Origin: Candidatus Latescibacterota bacterium
GTDB taxonomy: Bacteria; Latescibacterota; UBA2968
Direction of reading: 5' to 3'
Assembly: GCA_965207885.1 (NCBI GenBank)
Contig: OZ242311.1
Location: 1,632,001-1,696,000 of the forward strand
DNA length: 64,000 nt
This document shows positions 18,918 to 29,426 of the stretch, one piece after another (the stretch's first letter is position 1; every line of letters begins with the position of its first letter). A model generated the notes under the pieces. It was not told the origin of the DNA, made no database searches, and worked only from the letters and a program-made list of their open reading frames with translations. A program made the translations under genes and the position numbers.

Positions 18918-19712
18918 TTAGCGTTTAGCACAGTCTAAAAAATAAAAATGATTCGTAGGACCGTTACCTTTGCCAATATCCAGGCCATGCCGGATAGCTT
19001 CTGTAACATACTTTTTTGCCCGATCTATCGCATCGCACAACCCGTATCCCAGCGCAAAATTGGCCGCTATCGCCGATGATAGTGTACAACCTGTCCCGTG
19101 TGTATTCCCGGTATCTATGCGTTCACTTTCAAAAATCGTTTCACACGCCCCATCCCACAACACATCCACCGCAGCGCCCTCCAAATGCCCCCCCTTCACC
19201 AGCACAGCGCACGCGCCCAAATCGGCAATTTTTCGCGCAGCAAACCCGGCATCTTCTCGCGTCTTTATCTTTTTTTTACTTAACAATTCTGCTTCAGAGG
19301 AATTCGGCGTCGCCAATGTAGCCAGCGGCAACAAACGATCTGTGATGCATTGTATCGCATCGCCCTTAAGCAACGGAAATCCACTCGTCGAAATCATCAC
19401 TGGATCGACCACGAGCGGTTGCCCATTGCGAGTTGTCAGTTCATCGGCCACAGCCTCTACAATCTCACGCGAAGACAACATCCCCGTCTTCACCGCAGCA
19501 ATTTCAAAATCGTCAAACACGGCACTTATCTGAGCGCGGACAATCTCTTCGGGCAAATCACAAGCTGCACGCACCTCTTGCGTATTTTGAGCAGTAACCG
19601 ATGTAATCACAGACAGGCCAAACACGCCATGGGCGTGAAATGTTTTCAAATCCGCCTGAATGCCCGCGCCACCACCGGAATCCGAACCCGCAATTGTCAG
19701 GGCTTGTTTCAT
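18918..19712 (-). CDS. thiD: HMP/HMP-P kinase
   Basis: LTIAGSDSGGGAGIQADLK, VKTGML, DPVM, HGTGCTLSSAI. Confidence 0.97.
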   Translation of the reverse strand: MKQALTIAGSDSGGGAGIQADLKTFHAHGVFGLSVITSVTAQNTQEVRAACDLPEEIVRAQISAVFDDFEIAAVKTGMLSSREIVEAVADELTTRNGQPLVVDPVMISTSGFPLLKGDAIQCITDRLLPLATLATPNSSEAELLSKKKIKTREDAGFAARKIADLGACAVLVKGGHLEGAAVDVLWDGACETIFESERIDTGNTHGTGCTLSSAIAANFALGYGLCDAIDRAKKYVTEAIRHGLDIGKGNGPTNHFYFLDCAKR

Positions 19713-20323
19713 TCCCATGCCTTCAAAAATTCACATACCGCCCTGGCCGGATCTCTCGCTGCCAAAATACCCGACATCACCGCAACGCCCGCACATCCCG
19801 TCGTGCGACATTTGGCCGCACGAGAAGGTGTAATTCCACCCAGAGCGTAAACGGGTAAGCGAGAATACGCCACCGCATTTGCCAACCCCGCCAACCCTGC
19901 TTCCACGCCATCATACCCGGGCTTGGACCCCGGAGTAAAAATGGGACTATAAGTGACAAAATCTGCCCCATCAGCGCAATCTAATTCCGCACAGGTATGT
20001 GTGGAATAGCCGATTAAAAATGACGGCCCAACCCGATCTCGGACCGCCCGCGGCAATACACCACCTGGCAAATGCACACCCTGCGCGCCGATCTTCACGG
20101 CAATATCTGCTACTGAGTTAATCAACAGCATCGCATCATAACGCGCTGTCAGCGACAACACCTGCTCAGCCAGAGCCTCTAATACATCTTTATCCAGATC
20201 TTTTTCCCGCAACTGCACCAGCCGCACCCCCGCATCCAGCGCACGCGCGAGTACATCCAGCATTGGTCGATCACCGCACGTTGCCCGATCGGCAATCAGA
20301 TAGAGAGGCGGCAATGAATTCAC
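19709..20323 (-). CDS. ThiE paralog, probably TenI-like thiazole tautomerase
   Basis: VQLREK, GVHL, GYSTH, SPIF, YALGGI; the NDR motif is replaced by INS; adjacent to thiG. Confidence 0.75.
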   Translation of the reverse strand: MNSLPPLYLIADRATCGDRPMLDVLARALDAGVRLVQLREKDLDKDVLEALAEQVLSLTARYDAMLLINSVADIAVKIGAQGVHLPGGVLPRAVRDRVGPSFLIGYSTHTCAELDCADGADFVTYSPIFTPGSKPGYDGVEAGLAGLANAVAYSRLPVYALGGITPSRAAKCRTTGCAGVAVMSGILAARDPARAVCEFLKAWE

Positions 20324-21096
20324 ACTTCCACCCGTCCTTCCATCGCCGTCGAAGCCGTTGCATACAGCTTTCTGGGAATCCGCCCAGCTTCAAAAGCATA
20401 CCGTCCAGCTTCAACCCCCTTTTTCATAGCCATCGCCATCTTCACCGGATGCCGAGCACCTGCCACCGCCGTATTCAACAACACGCCATCGCAACCCAAT
20501 TCCATCGCCAGAGCAGCGTCCGATGCAGTTCCCACCCCCGCATCGACAATAACCGGCACCTTCACCGAATCCAGAATAATCTGAATATTGTACGGATTGC
20601 GAATCCCCATTCCCGAACCAATGGGCGCACCCAGAGGCATCACAGCGGCGCACCCCAAATCTTCCAACTTCTTACAGGTAATTGGATCGTCATTGCAATA
20701 GGGCAAAACAGTAAACCCATCATTTACCAGAGTCTCAGCAGCCTGGAGCAACCCCACCACATCCGGAAACAACGTGCGTTCATCCCCAATCACCTCTAAC
20801 TTAATCAAATCGGTTTCCAGCGCTTCGCGGGCCAACCGCGCAGTAAGCACCGCGTCTTGAGCTGTAAAACATCCGGCAGTATTTGGCAAAATGGTGTATC
20901 GCGATCGATCGAGCAAATCGAGAACACCCTCGCCAGATTCGTCATTCATATTAAGCCGTCGAATGCCCACCGTTACAATCTCTGCGCCACTGGCTTCCAC
21001 GGACTTCAGCATCACCTGCATATTGGGATAATGCGCAGTGCCTATCAACAGCCGTGAACGATATGTTACGCCTGCCATCTCAAAATCGCCTGTCAT
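20320..21096 (-). CDS. thiG: Thiazole synthase
   Basis: [37 protein letters not shown]. Confidence 0.97.
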   Translation of the reverse strand: MTGDFEMAGVTYRSRLLIGTAHYPNMQVMLKSVEASGAEIVTVGIRRLNMNDESGEGVLDLLDRSRYTILPNTAGCFTAQDAVLTARLAREALETDLIKLEVIGDERTLFPDVVGLLQAAETLVNDGFTVLPYCNDDPITCKKLEDLGCAAVMPLGAPIGSGMGIRNPYNIQIILDSVKVPVIVDAGVGTASDAALAMELGCDGVLLNTAVAGARHPVKMAMAMKKGVEAGRYAFEAGRIPRKLYATASTAMEGRVEV

Positions 21097-21118
21097 AATA
21101 TCCTCACTGTTATTCCCA

Positions 21119-21325
21119 CTATCCCCCCTGAACCGCGTGAATAATATCCACCCGATCGCCATTGCGCAACCGCATATCTGCCCAAATCGCCCGCGCTATG
21201 ACCTCGGCATTTACAGCCACGGCAATACCTTTTTGTTCGGCTTTAAAATTCATCTCAATCAGCAAATCAAGTAACGTTGACGCATCATCCACTGATTGCT
21301 CTTGACCATTCACTATAAGTTGCAT
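21119..21325 (-). CDS. thiS: Sulfur carrier protein
   Basis: MQLIVNG...IAVAVN...[13 protein letters not shown] with C-terminal GG. Confidence 0.95.
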   Translation of the reverse strand: MQLIVNGQEQSVDDASTLLDLLIEMNFKAEQKGIAVAVNAEVIARAIWADMRLRNGDRVDIIHAVQGG

Positions 21326-21329
21326 GAGT

Positions 21330-22469
21330 TCATAATCCAAATCGGTCAATCCCAAAAGGCCGAATAAGTGCCGGGGTACGCCGCTCCAAAATCACTCGGG
21401 CAATAGATAGCGCAGTCAACGGCGTCAGCAAAATACCCTTCCTATAATGGCCTGTTGCCATAATTAAACCCTCGATAGGCGTCTCGCCCAAAATAGGCGC
21501 GTCATCCCGGCTACCGGGACGCAATCCCGCCGTGGACTCGACCAGAGGCAAATCGTAAACCCCCGGCACCACTTCCCACGCGGCGCGCAACAACTCAAAC
21601 AACCCCCCTGCGGTCACATCTTCATCAAACCCCATCTCTTCTGACGTAGCCCCCAAGACGAGATGCCCATTATCCTTCGGCACGAGATACGCCACCGTAG
21701 AAGTCGCTACCCGCGAATACCAGACCATTGTATTGAGCGCGAAATCCTCTGTCAGGGCCAGACGCATAATCTGCCCGCGTACGGGGCGCACCGGAGGTCT
21801 GGCACAATCGGGCAAGCCCGGTATCAGACGCGACCAGCATCCCGAAGCCAACACCACTGTATCGCCCTCGAAAATTTCTTCGCCAACCCGCACCCCGCGC
21901 ACCCGCGCCCCATCTATCAAAAGTTCATCTACTCCCATCTCTTCAAACACTTCGCCACCCGCCGCCACAAGCCCCTTCTTCAACGCCATCACCAGACGTC
22001 GATTATCCACTTGATGATCGCCCGGACACCACACAGCAGCGCTCACTTGAGCCGACAAATGCGGCTCTCTTTCCCTTGCCTCATCACCTGAGAGGTAGGT
22101 AACAGACAACCCCAAATCGCGCTGATAGCGATACCGAAATTTTAAGTACTCCAGATCGTCTTGCGTAATACCCACCAGCAGCACCCCATCGCGGCGATAG
22201 CCCACACAGCACCCGGTATCGGCCTCCAATTCACTGACAAATTCGGGATAAACCTCCAGCCCCTTCAGGCCGAGATGCAGCAGGTCTTCCTCTTCAAATT
22301 GTACCTCAGACAGCGGCGACAACATACCCGCTGAAGCCCAGCTCGCCGAGTGCCCAACGCGACCCCTATCAAACAGCGCTACGGCACACCCCGCACGTGC
22401 CAACCGCCAGCCAATCGCGAGTCCAATTGCCCCACCCCCGACAATGAGCACGCGCTTTTGTGCCATCAC
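21330..22469 (-). CDS. thiO: Glycine oxidase
   Basis: GGGAIG FAD motif, ASWASAGML, PVRGQ, AGLRPG, TGHYRKGILL; thi operon context. Confidence 0.95.
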   Translation of the reverse strand: MMAQKRVLIVGGGAIGLAIGWRLARAGCAVALFDRGRVGHSASWASAGMLSPLSEVQFEEEDLLHLGLKGLEVYPEFVSELEADTGCCVGYRRDGVLLVGITQDDLEYLKFRYRYQRDLGLSVTYLSGDEAREREPHLSAQVSAAVWCPGDHQVDNRRLVMALKKGLVAAGGEVFEEMGVDELLIDGARVRGVRVGEEIFEGDTVVLASGCWSRLIPGLPDCARPPVRPVRGQIMRLALTEDFALNTMVWYSRVATSTVAYLVPKDNGHLVLGATSEEMGFDEDVTAGGLFELLRAAWEVVPGVYDLPLVESTAGLRPGSRDDAPILGETPIEGLIMATGHYRKGILLTPLTALSIARVILERRTPALIRPFGIDRFGL

Positions 22470-22480
22470 AACCTCAAGGT

Positions 22481-22517
22481 AAAAAAAACCACCCTTCGCA
22501 TAGAGTCGAAAAGTGGT
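22481..22517 (-). terminator. Expression-platform terminator of the thiO riboswitch
   Basis: ACCACTTTTCG...CGAAGGGTGGT stem followed by a U-tract just upstream of thiO. Confidence 0.75.
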
Positions 22518-22534
22518 CTCACCATCAGTTCAAC

Positions 22535-22612
22535 AAACTCCCTACGCCGGCACGATCCGGATCAGGTACAAAGGGTATAATCTCAGCTCACAGCAGCAAG
22601 CACCCCTGTCTT
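22535..22612 (-). ncRNA. TPP riboswitch upstream of thiO
   Basis: Minus strand: AGGGGTGC...GCTGAGAT-TATACCC-TTTGTACCTGATCCGGATCGTGCCGGCGTAGGGA. Confidence 0.95.
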
Positions 22613-22626
22613 CTTTTAGTTTTGCA

Positions 22627-22655
22627 AAGATACCATTTTCACATCCCCTGGTCAA
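22627..22655 (-). promoter_or_regulatory. Putative promoter of the thiO operon
   Basis: TTGACC-17nt-TATCTT with a TG extended -10. Confidence 0.65.
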
Positions 22656-22683
22656 GATATTCCCCTTATCAAATAGTCCGTAA

Positions 22684-24594
<1,911 letters not shown>

Positions 24595-24619
24595 GGCAAA
24601 AATATAAAACCGAGGAAGG

Positions 24620-24665
24620 GAATCAGGTATTGCTATATTTTTTAGAGCAATACCTGATTAAAAAA
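24620..24665. terminator. Inverted repeat between convergent thiC and mltF
   Basis: AATCAGGTATTGCT...AGCAATACCTGATT followed by an A-tract. Confidence 0.75.
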
Positions 24666-24675
24666 GGATGGAAAC

Positions 24676-26802
24676 TCAGCGACGGTCTTCTATAGCGGGC
24701 GGAGGTCCGACGAAGCCCGAGCTAAGTGGTTGTGTCACCTTCGCAGGTATTGTCGTATTCAGTATTTCGACATAAGCATCGTAGAAATTCTGAATATTTT
24801 CGACATAGTGTACGGGTTGACCGCCGCGACAAAAACCGTATCGCGCCCGCTCGTAATAGTCAGGTTGGGACAGCAAGCGCATCGCCTTTTCCACGTTGCC
24901 AAACCAGCGGTTGGAATCCCATCCCATTTCCTGCGCCAGACGGCGGGCGTCGAGCACATGGCCGTATCCGGCATTATAAGAAGCCAGAGCAAAGCGAATC
25001 CGCTCTTCCATCGGGAGATTGTGATCAAACCGGTTGATAAGCTGACGCATATACTTGACCCCTGCGTGAATGCTCTCCTGGGGTTCATGAAGATTGGTAA
25101 ATCCCAAATCCTGCCCGGTGCTCGGCATCACCTGCATCAGTCCCAGCGCGCCGACCCAGCTAACAGCCTCTGGATCGAATCTGGATTCCTGGTACATCTG
25201 TGCCGTAATCAACCGCCAGTCCTGCCCGTATTGAGAGGCGTATTTTTTTGTTAGATCATCATAAGGCGACAACTGTCCGCTCAAACCGACCCGCATTGAA
25301 TCTTTGGCTCTGGCGACAGCGCGCGTGCTCTTAAAATACCTCTTTTTCATCATATTAAAAAACAAGCCGCCTTTTTCTTCTTTTATGTATTGGTTGAGCG
25401 CCGCCAGCAACTCTGAATTGTCCTTGCGAACCGCCCAGCCCAGTGCCGTGGGCTTTATACTCAAGGCGGCTTTGAGGCGGCGGCCATACGCGCGTTCTAT
25501 ATCGAGCAAATGGGAATCGCACATCGTAAGGTCATAAATACCCTCTTCAACTCCAGCTAAAATATCTTCGGTTTCTACATTGTCGGGCACGATCGCAATC
25601 TCGAGACCATCTACGGAATCCCGCAACGCCATCAGCGTCGTATAAAACGAAGAACTGGCGCGCACATGTATCGTCCGTCCAGCCAGATCCTGGAGGCGGG
25701 CAATCGAATCGCCATCCGCATGCACCACCACCAGTTCACTCACTTCATTATAGGGTAGCGTAAATGCCGCCTGCTCTTGCCGTTCCTCAGTAATAGTCAT
25801 TGCCGAAGCCACGACATCGCCCTTGCCTCCATTCAAATACGACAACAGTTCGGCGTGACTATTCGGAATGACAATTTCGAGACGCAGGTCGTGCTGCGAG
25901 GCAAATCGCTTTATAAGCTCGTATTCGAACCCTATCTGCTGCCCCCGGTAAATAAAATAAGTCATCGCATTATTGCGCGTGATCATCCGCAACCGGCGGC
26001 GTTCTTTTAGACCGGGCAAATCATCGGTAAACGTTTGTTGTCGATGGCGCGTAAATTGATGTGCCAGCAAATACTCATCCACCACGACCTTGAGCTTTGT
26101 ATCATTTGGACGCATCATCAGAGCGAGCGGACGCTCTTCGGCCACAACGAGCGGTGCGACGAGATTATCGTGATAATTGGCGATGGCATGCCATAAATGC
26201 GCGTCACACAAGGTCGCTTTGTATTCGCCTTGAGCAATGCCTTTGACCAGCCCCTCGGTGCTGAGCGTATCTGACACAGTGTGGATGCGTAAAGACGGCA
26301 CCTCCTTTTGAACATCGATCAAGGTCTGATAATACGAACTGGACTGCCGCACGCTGATCTCCATACCGGCGAGATCGGCCACTGTCTCGGGCAGGCTATC
26401 TGCCCGCGCTGTAATCAAATATTCATCGACGTATAAATACGGAGCTGAAAACGCTGCTATCTTTTCTCGATCTGGCGTAACCGTCAAGCTGGAGGCGATA
26501 ATATCGCCCTCGCCTTCGAGTAGTTTTTCCAACATCTGAACGTAATTATCGGCCTTTACAAGCTCCAACTTCAGCTTGAGTGCATCCGCCAAACTATGGG
26601 CGATATCGTAGTCCAGGGTCACTGGCTCCGCCTGCCGGGGTATATAAGTAATCGGCTCCTCACTGACGATCACCCGCAATACGCCGCGATCCTGCAATTG
26701 CGGAAGATCACCGGTGTATTTGGGTGGCACGGGTTGTTTTTCGCTGCACTGTACAAAAGCACATAAGAACATCAGTGCTGGGGGAATCATACGATGCAAC
26801 AT
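24676..26802 (-). CDS. mltF: MltF-type lytic transglycosylase with two tandem SBP family 3 domains
   Basis: Two LR(V/M)I...GD(I/V)(I/V)AS..T.T..R...VR.SSS(Y/F)Y modules; SLT motifs YQESRF, GLMQVMP, ALASYNAG.GH. Confidence 0.88.
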   Translation of the reverse strand: MLHRMIPPALMFLCAFVQCSEKQPVPPKYTGDLPQLQDRGVLRVIVSEEPITYIPRQAEPVTLDYDIAHSLADALKLKLELVKADNYVQMLEKLLEGEGDIIASSLTVTPDREKIAAFSAPYLYVDEYLITARADSLPETVADLAGMEISVRQSSSYYQTLIDVQKEVPSLRIHTVSDTLSTEGLVKGIAQGEYKATLCDAHLWHAIANYHDNLVAPLVVAEERPLALMMRPNDTKLKVVVDEYLLAHQFTRHRQQTFTDDLPGLKERRRLRMITRNNAMTYFIYRGQQIGFEYELIKRFASQHDLRLEIVIPNSHAELLSYLNGGKGDVVASAMTITEERQEQAAFTLPYNEVSELVVVHADGDSIARLQDLAGRTIHVRASSSFYTTLMALRDSVDGLEIAIVPDNVETEDILAGVEEGIYDLTMCDSHLLDIERAYGRRLKAALSIKPTALGWAVRKDNSELLAALNQYIKEEKGGLFFNMMKKRYFKSTRAVARAKDSMRVGLSGQLSPYDDLTKKYASQYGQDWRLITAQMYQESRFDPEAVSWVGALGLMQVMPSTGQDLGFTNLHEPQESIHAGVKYMRQLINRFDHNLPMEERIRFALASYNAGYGHVLDARRLAQEMGWDSNRWFGNVEKAMRLLSQPDYYERARYGFCRGGQPVHYVENIQNFYDAYVEILNTTIPAKVTQPLSSGFVGPPPAIEDRR

Positions 26803-26951
26803 ACGATGTGTCTCCTTTCAATATATCGCCTCATCGCCGGCCCGATGGGGCTAAAATACTTTGAGATATTTTCTTCCCAAAAGAAGAAGGGATTGCGATA
26901 TAATCGCACCCCTTTTTTATGAACGAAATACAGATGATAGTTTGGGGCGAT

Positions 26952-27317
26952 TTATGTTTCCCGTCTCCCCGGCGGGTCGGATACAAAGCTTTCGATAGCC
27001 GCGTCAACGGATTCTAACGTTCGAAAATGCGACGACAACTTTCCGACCATCATCAAACTCTCCATCCGGTTTGCAATGCCGGCCAACCTGAGATCACCTC
27101 CAGCATTTCTCAACATCTCCAGGCTGACCGCCAATACTCCTAACATCGTACTGCCAAACCACTTCACCTTGGAAAAATCGACCACGACATTTGTAATGCC
27201 ATCGGCCATGACCTCTTCGACATAGTGCTGAAAAGGAACAACCGTAGGACCACTCATAAGGGTACCCGACACAGTCAGAACCGCAACGTGATCGCGAATG
27301 TCAACTTTGACTCTCAT
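26952..27317 (-). CDS. STAS-domain anti-sigma-factor antagonist (start uncertain)
   Basis: VAVLTVSG.L, VVVDFSKVKWFGSTMLG, GGDLRL. Confidence 0.85.
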   Translation of the reverse strand: MRVKVDIRDHVAVLTVSGTLMSGPTVVPFQHYVEEVMADGITNVVVDFSKVKWFGSTMLGVLAVSLEMLRNAGGDLRLAGIANRMESLMMVGKLSSHFRTLESVDAAIESFVSDPPGRRET

Positions 27318-27384
27318 CAATTTGGCGAACAGCTCTTCAAAAATTGGACGATTTGCGCCATCCATTGTCAACTTACAAAAATCT

Positions 27385-27735
27385 CTATGCATCCTGATCT
27401 GCAAAACTTTCCACCGCCCGATCTACAGTATCCAGGGTCGTAAAAATATTTGCCAACTGCGTAACCATTAAAATACTTTCAATCTTTCTGGTAACACCCG
27501 TCAATCTCAAATCCCCGCCTTCACTGCGCAACGTCGTCAAACTCGCCGTTAGCACGCCTAACATAGCACTGCCAAACCATCTCACCCTGGAAAAATCAAC
27601 CACTACCTTTTTTATATCCTCACTTGCAAGTTTTTTAATATGATCTTGGAATGGGGCAACCTCGGGGCCGCTCATCAATTCACCCGACAGAGTTAAGACA
27701 GCGACATCGCCGCGGATCTTTTCCGAAATTTTCAT
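27385..27735 (-). CDS. STAS-domain anti-sigma-factor antagonist
   Basis: GGAGG RBS; VVVDFSRVRWFGSAMLG, GGDLRL; clear paralog of the neighbouring gene. Confidence 0.9.
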   Translation of the reverse strand: MKISEKIRGDVAVLTLSGELMSGPEVAPFQDHIKKLASEDIKKVVVDFSRVRWFGSAMLGVLTASLTTLRSEGGDLRLTGVTRKIESILMVTQLANIFTTLDTVDRAVESFADQDA

Positions 27736-27835
27736 ACAAACCTCCAGGACCAGAACTTACTGAACATCGCACAGGGCACTGAAAATACGGCTGAACAAGA
27801 AAAAAATCAAGCTTATCAGTTGATATTATGCAGCG

Positions 27836-27884
27836 ACTCTATATCTTGTGATTTATTTAAAATGAGATATACAAGATATTGTGG
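27836..27884. promoter_or_regulatory. Tandem NrdR-box-like sites
   Basis: ACTCTATATCTTGTGA (27836) and ATACAAGATATTGTGG (27869), 33 bp apart, resembling acaCwAtATaTwGtg. Confidence 0.45.
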
Positions 27885-27922
27885 CAAAATAAAGCTTTTT
27901 TCGATAAACTGCGTGACATCCG

Positions 27923-28411
27923 TTATCGGTTATCAATTGTTTTTTTCGCCTCAATCACCATTTTCAAGGCAGCATCTGCTATCGCATCGCGAATCGCATC
28001 GCGATCCCCATCAAACTGAAAGACCTCACAAATTACACCTTCTGCACCGGCAACTGCGATATACGTCGTTCCTATGGGCTTGGGCGACCGTCCGCGAATG
28101 GGACCAGCGATCCCGGTCTCGGCCAGGCCCAAATCTGCACCACTCACTTTTCGCACGCCTTTGGCCATCTCGCACGCGGCTTCTGCGCTCACGGCACCGT
28201 ACGTATCCATCACCTGCACATCTATCCCCAGCATCTCGCGTTTAGACAGCGCGCTATACGCAATAACCCCCCGCTCGTAATAAGCCGAACTGCCCGGAAC
28301 CGAAACAATGCGGGCGCTGATCAACCCCCCTGTTGTGGTTTCTGCAACTGCAATGGTCCAGTCTCGTTCTCGAAGCAATTTGCCGAGCTTTACTTCCAAC
28401 TGTTCAGACAT
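27923..28411 (-). CDS. pncC: CinA C-terminal domain / NMN deamidase (PncC-like)
   Basis: AVAETTTGG, PGSSAYY, GAVS, TGIAGP. Confidence 0.85.
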   Translation of the reverse strand: MSEQLEVKLGKLLRERDWTIAVAETTTGGLISARIVSVPGSSAYYERGVIAYSALSKREMLGIDVQVMDTYGAVSAEAACEMAKGVRKVSGADLGLAETGIAGPIRGRSPKPIGTTYIAVAGAEGVICEVFQFDGDRDAIRDAIADAALKMVIEAKKTIDNR

Positions 28412-28426
28412 ATTTGAAACCGCATA

Positions 28427-29425
28427 TCACCGCTGATCAATAACCACAGGAGAACCCGATTTTGAAGACGCATAAGCTGCGCAAAAGAGCTCAACAGACT
28501 TTCGGCCCTCTTCACCCGACACCACAGGTACCGTGCCTTTGGTGATAGCAGAAACCATATCCTCTGCAATATCGGCAGGCGCATCGGGCACTTCAAAACG
28601 GCTCAAATCTACCAATTCCTCATCCTTTGTCATCACTTCTATACCGCCGCGTTGATCCCACCGCACAGTGCCTTCCGTGCCACTGATCTCCACTTGTGTC
28701 CCCAAATTTGGATAACTCGATGTCGTGGTCGTAATCAGCCCCCACGCGCCGCTTTGAAATGTCAACTGTGCAATTGTAATATCTTCCGTTTCAATATCGT
28801 GTGTCATGGTTGCACTGCGCCCATAAACTTCCTTTACCGGGCCGAGCAACCAGCAGATGAGATCGACAAAATGCACACCCTGATTGGCTATCGAGCCGCC
28901 CTCTGTCTCTTTGCGGCTACGCCACCCCATGGGAAAGCCCCCATTGTAATAGCTCTGCTCGCGCCACCACTTCATCTTCACATCACCCAAAAAAATCTGT
29001 CCAATGATCCCCTGATCAATGGCGGCCTTCAATTGCTGGTTTGCTTTAGAATAGCGATTCCCAAAATCCACTGCCAGAACCTTCCCCGCATCTTTTGCCG
29101 CCTGAATCGCCGCATCGCACTTTTCTACGAGAATATCCATCGGCTTGGTGACAAATGCATGTTTGCCTGCTTCTATCGCTTCAATGGCGTAATCGCAATG
29201 CGTACCACTGGACGTATAGATACCGATCGCATCGATATCATCGCGCGCAAACATCGCCTTGTAATTGGTCGTCCAGTCACATCCATACATTTCGGCCTGC
29301 TCCACGGCCTTGTCTTCCTGTAAATCACACACGCAAACCAACGCACTGCCCTCTGCTGCTGCCACCTGTTTTGCTGCTCCGCGGCCACGCCCCAATCCCA
29401 TAATACCAAATCTAACGTTCGACAT
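28427..29425 (-). CDS. Gfo/Idh/MocA oxidoreductase
   Basis: GIMGLG, H.FVTKPM, GGSIANQGVHFVD, ETED. Confidence 0.9.
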   Translation of the reverse strand: MSNVRFGIMGLGRGRGAAKQVAAAEGSALVCVCDLQEDKAVEQAEMYGCDWTTNYKAMFARDDIDAIGIYTSSGTHCDYAIEAIEAGKHAFVTKPMDILVEKCDAAIQAAKDAGKVLAVDFGNRYSKANQQLKAAIDQGIIGQIFLGDVKMKWWREQSYYNGGFPMGWRSRKETEGGSIANQGVHFVDLICWLLGPVKEVYGRSATMTHDIETEDITIAQLTFQSGAWGLITTTTSSYPNLGTQVEISGTEGTVRWDQRGGIEVMTKDEELVDLSRFEVPDAPADIAEDMVSAITKGTVPVVSGEEGRKSVELFCAAYASSKSGSPVVIDQR

Positions 29426-29426
29426 T

